From a virus, in IMG/VR virus record IMGVR_UViG_3300025816_000006, positions 64,001 through 128,000 of that record: a DNA stretch of 64,000 bases; one strand, 5' to 3'. How positions within the stretch are numbered: the stretch's first letter is position 1; each line of letters begins with the position of its first letter. This document shows positions 21,443-30,090 of this stretch, piece after piece. A model generated the notes under the pieces. It saw only the letters and a program-made list of their open reading frames with translations. It had not been told where the DNA came from and searched no databases. The position numbers were made by a program, and so were the translations under genes.

Positions 21443-22162
21443 ATGGCAGCTATAACGTTTCATGCTAATATAAATACTGCGTCAGTTAGTACGGACGCAA
21501 CTTTAATTAACCATACAGCAGGCTCTGGCCTTGGCTTTTTTGGGAGGAGTTTCGGCCTATCTGTTCCGGTCGGACAATTTCAAGAATCTACATTTGTAAG
21601 CAATTCCAATGGAACTGCGTCCGGTGTTAAGGTTAGCAATACGAAATACCTGTCGGTAAGTGGTGTTTCTCATAATGATGGCGGCGAGATTGATAATGAG
21701 TCTATGCCTAATTACTACGCTCCGTTAAATGTCAGATTCACTCACGACGAAGCAGTTAGAGTACAAAACTGCAAATTGCGTATTTTTGATAGAAACGATA
21801 TAGATAATCAAGCTAGCGGTGTTACTACAAAAGTCTACGAACTTCGTCACCCCAATGGTGTAGACAACACAACTAACGCTTTGTCTCACAGAGGTAGATC
21901 AACTCACGATTGGCTTGAGTTTGATCCAGAAGATAACATGGTGGATATGGACTTTACGTCTTCTCCGGGTGTAAGCGGTCTAAACACAAATGCTGGGGAC
22001 GCATTGGCATCAAGCACTGACGGTCAAGCAAACTACATAACTAAAGAAGGCGCTGCACATGAAGCAGAACGTCATGATTGGTATCTGGCTCTAAGCGCTT
22101 CTCCTGATAGCATTGGAAGTAAAACGCAATACGGATTGTACTTTACTCTGGAATATCTATAA
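21443..22162 (+). CDS. Probable virion structural protein (239 aa)
   Basis: AGGAG RBS and a TATAAT-containing motif upstream; last gene of the + arm, ending at the terminator. Confidence 0.55.
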   Translation: MAAITFHANINTASVSTDATLINHTAGSGLGFFGRSFGLSVPVGQFQESTFVSNSNGTASGVKVSNTKYLSVSGVSHNDGGEIDNESMPNYYAPLNVRFTHDEAVRVQNCKLRIFDRNDIDNQASGVTTKVYELRHPNGVDNTTNALSHRGRSTHDWLEFDPEDNMVDMDFTSSPGVSGLNTNAGDALASSTDGQANYITKEGAAHEAERHDWYLALSASPDSIGSKTQYGLYFTLEYL

Positions 22163-22189
22163 AAAAAGAGCCGCCTTTCGACGACTCTC
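22161..22189 (-). terminator. Rho-independent terminator for the minus arm
   Basis: Minus strand reads AGAGUCGUC-GAAA-GGCGGCUCU followed by a U-run; the G:U pairs form only on this strand. Confidence 0.85.
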
Positions 22190-22194
22190 TAACT

Positions 22195-22226
22195 AGGTCA
22201 GTAGTGGTGTGCTACTGGCCTTTTTT
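22195..22226 (+). terminator. Rho-independent terminator for the plus arm
   Basis: AGGUCAGUAGU-GGUGU-GCUACUGGCCU followed by UUUUU. Confidence 0.8.
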
Positions 22227-22572
22227 ATTCATTCTGGCCTGTCTTGGCATTCCACTTGACCCAACCTTTGTCGGGAAGCCAGTTTCCATCTCCGTCTTTA
22301 CGCTTAGGAAACAGGGTTCCACCCTTCTTGTTTACGCCAAATGCTAGACGAGCGCCACAGTCTGCGCATCTAAGTTCGTAATATTCGTTTTCGTCTACGG
22401 TTCTCACCACAAACTTAACATTATCACTTCCACATTTGCCGCAAACGGTTTCCTCAAAAACTTCCTGAAACTTTGCGATTTCTGCAAAGATTGACTTTTG
22501 GTCATCTCCAGTAAGCTCTACGTTAAGACGACCATTTCTTGTTTGATATACTACCTTCATGCGCTTCTCCAA
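22225..22572 (-). CDS. Zn-ribbon hypothetical protein (likely start 22560)
   Basis: CGKC...CADC; ATG at 22560 overlaps the stop of the upstream gene (ATGA). Confidence 0.7.
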   Translation of the reverse strand: MEKRMKVVYQTRNGRLNVELTGDDQKSIFAEIAKFQEVFEETVCGKCGSDNVKFVVRTVDENEYYELRCADCGARLAFGVNKKGGTLFPKRKDGDGNWLPDKGWVKWNAKTGQNE

Positions 22573-23333
22573 TCTTGTTGATAACCAGTAATTGAACTAG
22601 GGATTGACCCTTTGTTTTGTTGATATTCATTGAGTTTCTCAATAGCATCACTTGCTTGCTTTTTATCAATCTTCTTTGACACAGAGAGATTGAATACTTC
22701 TTTAAATAATTTAGCTGGATTGATGTCCAACTGCTTAGATTTACCATCTACGAAATTTTCTTGATTGTTTGTCATTCTACCTGTGGATTGATATTCTCCT
22801 TGTGTAGTTTGTACTCCAGTAGTTCTGCTAATACTTTTAGCAATCTCCGCAGTATTCTTTTTAGTCACCTCTTCTGCTGCTACGACACGAATTCTAAGCG
22901 CTTTTCTGAGTGCGCGACCTTCCGCTCGCGTTGCTGCCGTGGCGGTGTTGTAGACGCAAAATGTGTCGTCTGTATTGCCTTCCCAAGAGTCAGCAACATC
23001 ACAGAAGGCAGACCCATCTTCAAACTCCACTTTCCAGATAACAGTAGACCTACCAATCTCATTTCCACCAGAAGGAGGAAACACTTGAATCGGACCACTA
23101 AATACAATCCTGCCCATCAGCAATTCTGCAACTCTTCTCAACCCATTACACAGGGGCATCTTCTCAAACATTTCATTATCTTCAAAATGCCCAAGCACAT
23201 AATCATTCCACTCTGGATCTGTTGGTGAAGGCGCACCCTCAATCACATCTTTAACGGAAGTGTTAGTGTTAGAAGGAGTAGCAAGCTCAACGTCTTCAAA
23301 CAAATCATTTTGTACATATCCATTATCACTCAT
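22557..23333 (-). CDS. Putative Rad52/Sak-like single-strand annealing protein
   Basis: ATAATRAEGRALRKAL helix after a beta-sheet region; C-terminal KKQASDAIEKL helix typical of SSAP tails. Confidence 0.5.
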   Translation of the reverse strand: MSDNGYVQNDLFEDVELATPSNTNTSVKDVIEGAPSPTDPEWNDYVLGHFEDNEMFEKMPLCNGLRRVAELLMGRIVFSGPIQVFPPSGGNEIGRSTVIWKVEFEDGSAFCDVADSWEGNTDDTFCVYNTATAATRAEGRALRKALRIRVVAAEEVTKKNTAEIAKSISRTTGVQTTQGEYQSTGRMTNNQENFVDGKSKQLDINPAKLFKEVFNLSVSKKIDKKQASDAIEKLNEYQQNKGSIPSSITGYQQDWRSA

Positions 23334-24100
23334 AATTCAACCTCTATAAATCTTTTAGTTTTTGGTGGAAACTTCTTTTCAATACTACTTAGTGTTTTTA
23401 CAATGTTAGATACTAGGTTCTCCTTCTTTTTCAAACTTGCGTTTGCGATTGCCTTTACTCTTATTATAGCAAATCCCCTGCTTAAAATTCTACCGCTTTT
23501 TTGTAAATCTGCTTTTATTTGCTTCTGTAGCTTCTCTTCTCCCCAGATTGGAAGAAAGTGTGAAGGGCCATCTATCTCTATTATAGTCTTCAAAGACGGT
23601 ATGTAAAGATCTATTTCTAATTTTTCATTAGGAATTAAGTTTTTATTGTGAAAATCTATTGTATAGCCATTTGTGCTTAACTTATCAGCAACAAATTTTT
23701 CTAGCTTAGACCCTTCTCTTCCGGCTTTTCTAATTGCGTCTGTGGCTAGTTTGCACATTTTGTCTTTTTGCGCTGCGTCCATGTTTTTCCATCGCTCTTT
23801 AGCTTGATCTACACGATCTTTTCTTTGTTCGTCGCTCATGCCTTCCCAGTGGTTTTCCATTCCTTCGCTAATTTTAAGCTTTTCTTTTTCCGTTCTTTGT
23901 TTGCCCGCAGTAGGATGAGCGCATCTACCCGTCTTTAAGGCATTTTTCTGCGCTTCGCTTTTATCCTTTAGTGTATACCCATGCTTTATCAGTGTTCTTC
24001 TAATTTTATTTGGATATGTGTTTAAAGACTTTGCGATCTCATAAGTACTCTTACTATGATCATTATACATCTCTATGATTTGTTTGTCAAGATTATTCAT
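23330..24100 (-). CDS. Vsr/DUF559-like PD-(D/E)XK endonuclease with HTH and NUMOD3-like N-terminus
   Basis: STYEIAKSLNTYPNKIRRTL (HTH); GKQRTEKEKLKIS (NUMOD3-like); EIDLYIP..IIEIDGPSHF. Confidence 0.7.
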   Translation of the reverse strand: MNNLDKQIIEMYNDHSKSTYEIAKSLNTYPNKIRRTLIKHGYTLKDKSEAQKNALKTGRCAHPTAGKQRTEKEKLKISEGMENHWEGMSDEQRKDRVDQAKERWKNMDAAQKDKMCKLATDAIRKAGREGSKLEKFVADKLSTNGYTIDFHNKNLIPNEKLEIDLYIPSLKTIIEIDGPSHFLPIWGEEKLQKQIKADLQKSGRILSRGFAIIRVKAIANASLKKKENLVSNIVKTLSSIEKKFPPKTKRFIEVEL

Positions 24101-24566
24101 TGAAAACCTCCTTTATCTTATCTAGATTCATAGACTCCATGAGTGTTGGTTCTTTGCCGGTTATTCTTTTTATATATTCGTAATCTTCTTTGTTAGAAAC
24201 GATAAATGGTAATGTATTGAAAATATGTATAATTTGCATGATATTTTTCTGCTGCTGACTTGTGTAGAAAAACGCTGCTTTAAATTTGTTAATTACATTT
24301 CCTATTGAGGATGCTGCATTGTAACTTGTTATAATTAAATTACCTGTAAACTGCCAAATGTCAGTAGAGTTGAACACACCAAATTTAGGTTGTGTTTCAT
24401 TAAATCCAATATCGTTATAGAACAAATTTCCGTTATCTATTTGTCCTTCTTCAAGCCACCTGTTCATACTTTTGTATATTTGATCTGCGCCACTTTGTGA
24501 CGGAGAGTCTACATAAAACCCTAAGTTCATAATTACTTCTCCAATTTTTTGTCGTTTAGAAACCAC
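24093..24566 (-). CDS. Hypothetical protein, possibly a degenerate GT-B N-domain (likely start 24530)
   Basis: MNLGFYV start; coupled to neighbouring genes; no catalytic motif recognised. Confidence 0.55.
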   Translation of the reverse strand: MVSKRQKIGEVIMNLGFYVDSPSQSGADQIYKSMNRWLEEGQIDNGNLFYNDIGFNETQPKFGVFNSTDIWQFTGNLIITSYNAASSIGNVINKFKAAFFYTSQQQKNIMQIIHIFNTLPFIVSNKEDYEYIKRITGKEPTLMESMNLDKIKEVFNE

Positions 24567-25465
24567 TTTATGGTTTCTTTTAATCCTGTCTGTAAATTAG
24601 TTTTAGCCTCAAAGTCAAGCAGTTCCTTCGCCTTGCTGGTGTCTAAACAGCGTCTAGGTTGTCCGTCTGGCTTATCTGCTTGCCATTTGATTTCACCTTC
24701 ATAGCCCATTTGTTCTGCTATTTCAGTTGCTAGATCTCTAATCGTAATCTCTTTACCAGTTCCGATGTTTATGGGATCTAGGTCAACTTCTGTTTCTATG
24801 GCTCTAGCAATTGCCTGTACGCAGTCTGCTGCGTAAAGGAACTCTCTAGATGCGCTACCTGTTCCCCAAAGCTCTACGTTGCCGCCATCTTTCATAGCGT
24901 TATAGAATTTAAGAATTAGAGCAGGAATAACGTGACTACTGGTTAGATTGAAGTGATCGTGTGGTCCGTACATATTGACTGGAATCAAATTAGCGCCACG
25001 CATACCATACTGCTCTCCGTATGCCTGTAAGAGCCGCATGAGCGTCTTCTTTGCGATTCCGTATGGCGCATTTGTTTCCTCTGGATAGCCATCCCACAGA
25101 TGTTCCTCTACAAAAGGTACAGGCGTGTGTTTAGGATAAGCACAAACAGTTCCAAGTAGAACAAACTTTTGTACCTTCTCAATTCTAGCTCTTTCTACAA
25201 GATTTGCCCCCATGATAAGATTCTCGTACATAAACTTACCGGGGTTTTCTTGATTTGCTCCGATTCCGCCCACAGACCCAGCCGCATGTACTATTACATC
25301 TGGATTATGGTATTGAACCATTTTTCTACAAGCGTGTTGACACCTGAGATCGTAAACACTAGAACCCATCACGCTTAATGAGTAGTCTTGATTCATAAAT
25401 TGACCAAGGTTTTCTTGAATGTTCTTACCAAGAAACCCTGTTCCGCCAGTTAGTAGTATTCTCAT
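24533..25465 (-). CDS. fcl: GDP-L-fucose synthase
   Basis: TGGTGFLG, AAGSVGGIGAN, YGIAK, PVNMYGPHD, SSHVIPALI, WGTGSASREFLY, KPDGQPRR. Confidence 0.95.
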   Translation of the reverse strand: MRILLTGGTGFLGKNIQENLGQFMNQDYSLSVMGSSVYDLRCQHACRKMVQYHNPDVIVHAAGSVGGIGANQENPGKFMYENLIMGANLVERARIEKVQKFVLLGTVCAYPKHTPVPFVEEHLWDGYPEETNAPYGIAKKTLMRLLQAYGEQYGMRGANLIPVNMYGPHDHFNLTSSHVIPALILKFYNAMKDGGNVELWGTGSASREFLYAADCVQAIARAIETEVDLDPINIGTGKEITIRDLATEIAEQMGYEGEIKWQADKPDGQPRRCLDTSKAKELLDFEAKTNLQTGLKETIKWFLNDKKLEK

Positions 25466-25485
25466 ATATAGTCCTCCTTACTATT

Positions 25486-25515
25486 ATTATAGTTTAGGAA
25501 ATACACTTTCGTCAA
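25486..25515 (-). promoter_or_regulatory. Sigma70-type promoter upstream of fcl
   Basis: TTGACG-18 nt-TATAAT in the intergenic gap, followed by a GGAGG RBS. Confidence 0.7.
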
Positions 25516-25522
25516 GTTATTT

Positions 25523-26341
25523 TTAAAAATATGCTCCACCTTCTATTTGTTCTTTTGGGGTTTCGTTTGGTAGCGGTCTAATCCAAGATGGGTTTTGCAG
25601 CATTTCTTTGAAAGAATCGTTATCCTCCCACCTTTTTCCTTTTATGCCAAACAGTAGTTGATTTCCACCACCTAAGTATATACAACCTTTTCCAAGTTCA
25701 TTTTGTATAAACTTGCAGAGAGGAATACCCATAGCTCCACAGCCGAGCGCAGCAAAATCAAAATCTTGGTTTGCTATTTCTTCTTTCATTTGCGCTAATC
25801 TGTCTTGCCATACCACCTTGGGTTCTTCTCCAGTATAGCACTCTGCAAACGGATATCTAACCGCTACCACCTCTGGCTTTGGAGCGCCTTGCCATATTTC
25901 AGAATATTTTTCTTTTTGTATATCAACTGTGTCTGGAAACGGAGAAACAAACAAGAGTTTTGTATCACCTAGATGATAATGCCATCCCTCCGGTCCTTTT
26001 AGAAAAGGCTCTAGTTCTTGATGTCCATCAAAAAGTTCATTTTTATATCCTAAGTGTTGCAGGCAAACCTCGTCTAAAAGCTTTCCGTCACTTAGTGGAT
26101 GAAACCATTTTATTAAATGATCCATGTGCAGCGCAGCATCTATGTACACCTTAATAAACTCTGCAAGCGAATCTGGATTGGGACACAGAACACCAGATTG
26201 CCAGAAAAGTTCATACGGGTTTTTTGTACACCTTCCATTGTTTACAAGGAAGTCGTAAATGTAAGAAGTTTCAGTTCCTCCCAATTTACCAAAAGATACA
26301 TTGCTTTTATTTTTTAAGCACTCTATAATTAAGTTATTCAT
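25523..26341 (-). CDS. Putative GT-D-fold glycosyltransferase-like protein
   Basis: DFDFAALGCGAMGIPLC..IYLGGGNQLLFGIKGKRW, seen in glycan-cluster proteins of GT-D/DUF1792 type. Confidence 0.55.
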   Translation of the reverse strand: MNNLIIECLKNKSNVSFGKLGGTETSYIYDFLVNNGRCTKNPYELFWQSGVLCPNPDSLAEFIKVYIDAALHMDHLIKWFHPLSDGKLLDEVCLQHLGYKNELFDGHQELEPFLKGPEGWHYHLGDTKLLFVSPFPDTVDIQKEKYSEIWQGAPKPEVVAVRYPFAECYTGEEPKVVWQDRLAQMKEEIANQDFDFAALGCGAMGIPLCKFIQNELGKGCIYLGGGNQLLFGIKGKRWEDNDSFKEMLQNPSWIRPLPNETPKEQIEGGAYF

Positions 26342-26990
26342 TTAATTTCCTCAAATCAAAAAAGTCTTGTTTTTGCTGTAGTATTGAATCTAAATGTTTG
26401 TATATTTTTTCTGCGCACTCATCTGGCGTTTGCATTGTATCATATGCTTCTTTAAATTTTTTCACAGAGGGTATATCTTTTTCATCGTATCTGTGTATTT
26501 CGTCTTGCATCTTTGTCTTGACCAACCCCGGAGCTAGTGATAAAAAGTTTACTTCTGGATTTTCTATTGCGTAGCAGGACATTAATTGTTTTATAGCTGC
26601 TTTTGTGGCGCAGTATATCGACCATCCATAATAACCCTTGGATGCTGCGCCAGAAGAAACGCATATTACATTTTTAACACTATCGTTTTTTAGCAGTTTG
26701 TCAATAATAATTTTATTAGACCACACGTTTATATTGAAAGCTTCTTGATAATCATAGAGACTTGTATTTCTAGCGGGTAATAATTGTCCTAGTATTCCCG
26801 CATTTAAAAACACGTAATCATAGCTAACCCTTTTTGCGTATTGATCTATAGCCTGTTCTACTTGATCTAATTTTTTGAAATCGCAATCTTTTCGATCAAT
26901 AGATTGAACGCTATGTCCTTCTTCGCTATATGTTTTTAGCAGTGATTCGCCCAGACCAGAAGTGGTTCCGGTAATTAATACTTTAGCCAT
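26334..26990 (-). CDS. Short-chain dehydrogenase/reductase
   Basis: TGTTSGLG, LNAG, VSSGAA, YCATK, APGLVKT. Confidence 0.9.
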   Translation of the reverse strand: MAKVLITGTTSGLGESLLKTYSEEGHSVQSIDRKDCDFKKLDQVEQAIDQYAKRVSYDYVFLNAGILGQLLPARNTSLYDYQEAFNINVWSNKIIIDKLLKNDSVKNVICVSSGAASKGYYGWSIYCATKAAIKQLMSCYAIENPEVNFLSLAPGLVKTKMQDEIHRYDEKDIPSVKKFKEAYDTMQTPDECAEKIYKHLDSILQQKQDFFDLRKLNE

Positions 26991-27924
26991 TTAGCACATC
27001 CTCGCAGTATGAGTCTTTGTCTACGCCTTTGATCAGCTTGCATATAGATTCAAATTTATGAATATCCATACATCTTTCTGATGCTTCTTTTGCATAGTTG
27101 TCAGTCAGGGCATATTTAGAGGTTATGAGTTCGTATGGAGTTGGCTGAATACTCAGTAGTTCATTATACTCTAATATTAATTTTGCTAAATCAGCAACAT
27201 GGGATTTTTCTAAAACGTATTCTAGCTTTAAATTACCAGAGCCTTTTCCCATGCCTTTTATAGACGTGTCGGTGCTGTCTACTGGTTTCTTTAATATTTC
27301 TCTATAGTTAACCATAGCCATGCCGCTGTGATCATGTAAATGAAATCCTGTTCTCTTTCCATGTTCATGGCACACATCAAAGAAGTGTTGAAATTTCCAA
27401 AAGTCTTTTGTTAAGTCTAAGTCGCCATGAGTGTCTGCAAAATACACATAATCAAACGGCCAATCTTTTATCTTGGTGGATAAGTCTGTAAGTTCCATAA
27501 ATGAATAATTTGAAGCATTAAAAATATTAAAACTAACATTAAGTCCGGTGTACTGCTTTAGCTCTTTACCGAACAGCATAGCTTCGTTCATATCTTCTTT
27601 TCTCGCGCACATTCTAATCATAGATATTTCTGATTGATTGCACGTTGGATAATCACTCATGTTGTGACTACAATAATGGTAGTCAATCATGATAGAGACG
27701 TTATTTAGTCCAGACCCTTCTGTTACATCACAAACCTTTTCATAGTCAAGATTGTAAAAAGTGTTTGCAGTCTTAGAAGTCTGCCCCCAGTAGCCAAGTT
27801 CTAGGGTTCCCACTTGATGTAGACTGGATAGTGTCTTATAATAATCTCTAGCAAACTCTATAGGCCAGTCGAAGTTTACAGCGTGTCCACCATCTCTTAG
27901 TGTTACATCAATAATCTCAATCAT
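26983..27924 (-). CDS. DRE-TIM (HMGL-like / 4-hydroxy-2-oxovalerate aldolase-like) aldolase
   Basis: DVTLRDGG, FADTHG, GFHLHD, GMGKGSGNLKLE. Confidence 0.85.
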   Translation of the reverse strand: MIEIIDVTLRDGGHAVNFDWPIEFARDYYKTLSSLHQVGTLELGYWGQTSKTANTFYNLDYEKVCDVTEGSGLNNVSIMIDYHYCSHNMSDYPTCNQSEISMIRMCARKEDMNEAMLFGKELKQYTGLNVSFNIFNASNYSFMELTDLSTKIKDWPFDYVYFADTHGDLDLTKDFWKFQHFFDVCHEHGKRTGFHLHDHSGMAMVNYREILKKPVDSTDTSIKGMGKGSGNLKLEYVLEKSHVADLAKLILEYNELLSIQPTPYELITSKYALTDNYAKEASERCMDIHKFESICKLIKGVDKDSYCEDVLNG

Positions 27925-28570
27925 TTTTCCAAGTCCTCGCTATTTTTAAGTCTTCATACGTGTCAATTTCTATGGCTTCTGGCATAGAGATCGGATATAG
28001 AAACGGCTTCTTGCCTGTTCTATTATTATTTTCTTTAAAAGTTTTTTTGGTAAAGATAAAAAATGCTCCGTTTCCTAATTTTACTGGTTCCAAGTCTTGA
28101 GTTTTTTGAACTACGCTTGGATCAAAATTTATTGGTTCATTTTTGTAATATGCAAATTCTTTGTGCGACGTACAAGCTTGAACAGAGTCGTATCCTTCTT
28201 TTAGCTTTTCTGATGCGCTTTGTATTGTTTGCAGTGTTATGAAGGGGGATGTTACGTGGGGCGTGACAATTATCTCATGTTCATCTTTAACGTACATATC
28301 TAAAAATCTATCAATCATCAAAAGCGCTGGACTGACTTTAAACTTAGGATCTTGTTCTAGCTTGATATGCTCTTCTAATCTTTTGTAGCATGTTACATGA
28401 GATATTTTTTGACATTCGTGATATACGTCTTCACTGTCTGTATCAATGTATACGTCTTGCCCTTCAAGTTCTTTGATTAAATTTCTCCATAAAGGTAGCC
28501 CACGCACTTTTAAAAAATTCTTAAACTTGACTCTTTGAGAGTTTTCTTTAATATAAATAAAATATTTCAT
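27917..28570 (-). CDS. Acylneuraminate/ulosonate cytidylyltransferase (NeuA/KdsB family)
   Basis: IKENSQRVKFKN, IDTDS, HVTSPF, TQDL, NGAFFI, EIDTYED. Confidence 0.85.
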   Translation of the reverse strand: MKYFIYIKENSQRVKFKNFLKVRGLPLWRNLIKELEGQDVYIDTDSEDVYHECQKISHVTCYKRLEEHIKLEQDPKFKVSPALLMIDRFLDMYVKDEHEIIVTPHVTSPFITLQTIQSASEKLKEGYDSVQACTSHKEFAYYKNEPINFDPSVVQKTQDLEPVKLGNGAFFIFTKKTFKENNNRTGKKPFLYPISMPEAIEIDTYEDLKIARTWKND

Positions 28571-29019
28571 TATTCACCAATAAATGTACAGGTTAGCTTT
28601 CTCAACCTAATCGGATCTAGCTCTACGGCGAATATTTTCTTCCATTCTCCAAGCATTAGCTTTCCATTTTCGATTGGTATCGTTTCAGAAGAATTAAAAA
28701 ACATGGATCTTATGTGCGAATGTCCGTTTATTCTTTCTGAGTGATGAACATCTGATCTTAAAGAAATCATATCGTGCATGTATTTAGTGTTTTTATGCTG
28801 TCCTTCTGGCGACTTGGTTATTGGCGCTTGAGCATCCAGAAAAAATCTTACATCTGCATGATGTAAAAGCTCATCTTCTGTTAGCCATACACTCATTGTT
28901 GTATGAGGGGAAAAAACGTTTACTATTCCAGATTTGCGCCACTCTGTAGCAAATTCTTGTACTTGCTCTGTAATGTTTGTAAACAGCTTGTCTGTATGAA
29001 TTTCAATATGTTTCTTCAT
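28570..29019 (-). CDS. yjbQ: YjbQ/UPF0047 family protein
   Basis: NITEQV, VFSPHTT, NGHSHIRS, TIPIENGKLMLGEW, VELDPIRLRK..IGE. Confidence 0.85.
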   Translation of the reverse strand: MKKHIEIHTDKLFTNITEQVQEFATEWRKSGIVNVFSPHTTMSVWLTEDELLHHADVRFFLDAQAPITKSPEGQHKNTKYMHDMISLRSDVHHSERINGHSHIRSMFFNSSETIPIENGKLMLGEWKKIFAVELDPIRLRKLTCTFIGE

Positions 29020-29701
29020 TAATTATGTTTCCATATACGTGGTTCAAAAGTTCGATCATTTCAAGAGATGGTTTTAAGCCAGCAACACCTATAGTAGTCG
29101 GATTTGTGTCTTTTAACATACATAGCGTAGCGTCTATGTAATTATTTGCATGTAGCCATCTCAGTATATTTACTTCGCTTTCTTTGTCATGACAAGATTT
29201 TTTTTCATCTTCTCTTTTAAAAACAAAATCCTCAACGTAATAGCTTTTTCTAGTTTCCTTTGTTATACTAAAACCAAAAACAAAGGGTTTTTCTTTGTTT
29301 AAAATTAGCTCTAAAAGGCAGACAAATCCAGTTCTTGGTCGTGTCTTAAACCTGTAGGGACATTCAATAGATTTTAAAAAATTATTGTATCTATCATTTA
29401 CATAACTAGCATCTGCATACCAAACAGAATTGTAGTCTTTTTCTGAAAAATTATCGTAAAAATATCTTAAATGCTCTTGTTTATATTCCTCTCCATAAAC
29501 CTTAAAAACAGTTTCCCAGCTTGATTTTTGTTTTATAAAGTTATCAAAAACATGACTACAAAGAGCTAATTGATCTTTAATAGATCCGTTGTTTTCTTTT
29601 GGTATCCCCATATTACAGCGAATATTACTATGGAAGCTGTCTAGCAGATTATCTAATTTTAATTTGTTGTAAGGTTTATTTCCTATTACAATTGGCGGCA
29701 C
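29003..29701 (-). CDS. GT29 sialyltransferase-like protein
   Basis: Sialylmotif-like segments: L (IVIGN..LDSF..IRCN), S (PRTG..L..VFGF), VS (H.KESE). Confidence 0.65.
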   Translation of the reverse strand: MPPIVIGNKPYNKLKLDNLLDSFHSNIRCNMGIPKENNGSIKDQLALCSHVFDNFIKQKSSWETVFKVYGEEYKQEHLRYFYDNFSEKDYNSVWYADASYVNDRYNNFLKSIECPYRFKTRPRTGFVCLLELILNKEKPFVFGFSITKETRKSYYVEDFVFKREDEKKSCHDKESEVNILRWLHANNYIDATLCMLKDTNPTTIGVAGLKPSLEMIELLNHVYGNIINEETY

Positions 29702-29703
29702 TG

Positions 29704-30090
29704 TTAATCCTTTGCTTTTACGGTGTTTAAAAATTCTTCATAGTTTGTCATGTAGTCCGATTCTTCATATTCATTATTACATAGCACTAAAAGAATATCA
29801 TCGCCAGTTAAATATGTTTGCTTCCCCCAAATCATATTATTCATTAACACAGACTGACCCTTTTCTATTACGCACTGTTTTATTTTTTTGCCGTCATCAA
29901 GCGATACTAAGATTTTACCCTGTATGCATATCAAAAGTTGTTTATCTTCAATGTGCGCATGATTACCCCTAACCTCTCCTTTTGGAACATTTGAAACAAA
30001 AAACATTCTCTTTGCAGATAAATCAATATCTTTATTAATTGCAAAAAGTGTTCCGTCAGAACCTTCAAATTTATCTAAATTTTTTAGCAT
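29704..30090 (-). CDS. fdtA: dTDP-4-keto-6-deoxyhexose 3,4-ketoisomerase (FdtA/QdtA cupin)
   Basis: KRMFFV, RGNHAH, QLLICIQG, LLVLC..YEESDY. Confidence 0.85.
   Translation of the reverse strand: MLKNLDKFEGSDGTLFAINKDIDLSAKRMFFVSNVPKGEVRGNHAHIEDKQLLICIQGKILVSLDDGKKIKQCVIEKGQSVLMNNMIWGKQTYLTGDDILLVLCNNEYEESDYMTNYEEFLNTVKAKD

Noticed and set aside
384-21463. Many 60-140-aa antisense or alternate-frame ORFs over the structural genes, and likewise over the minus arm
   Set aside because: They are nested in longer motif-bearing genes, have no recognisable motifs and show typical shadow-ORF composition.
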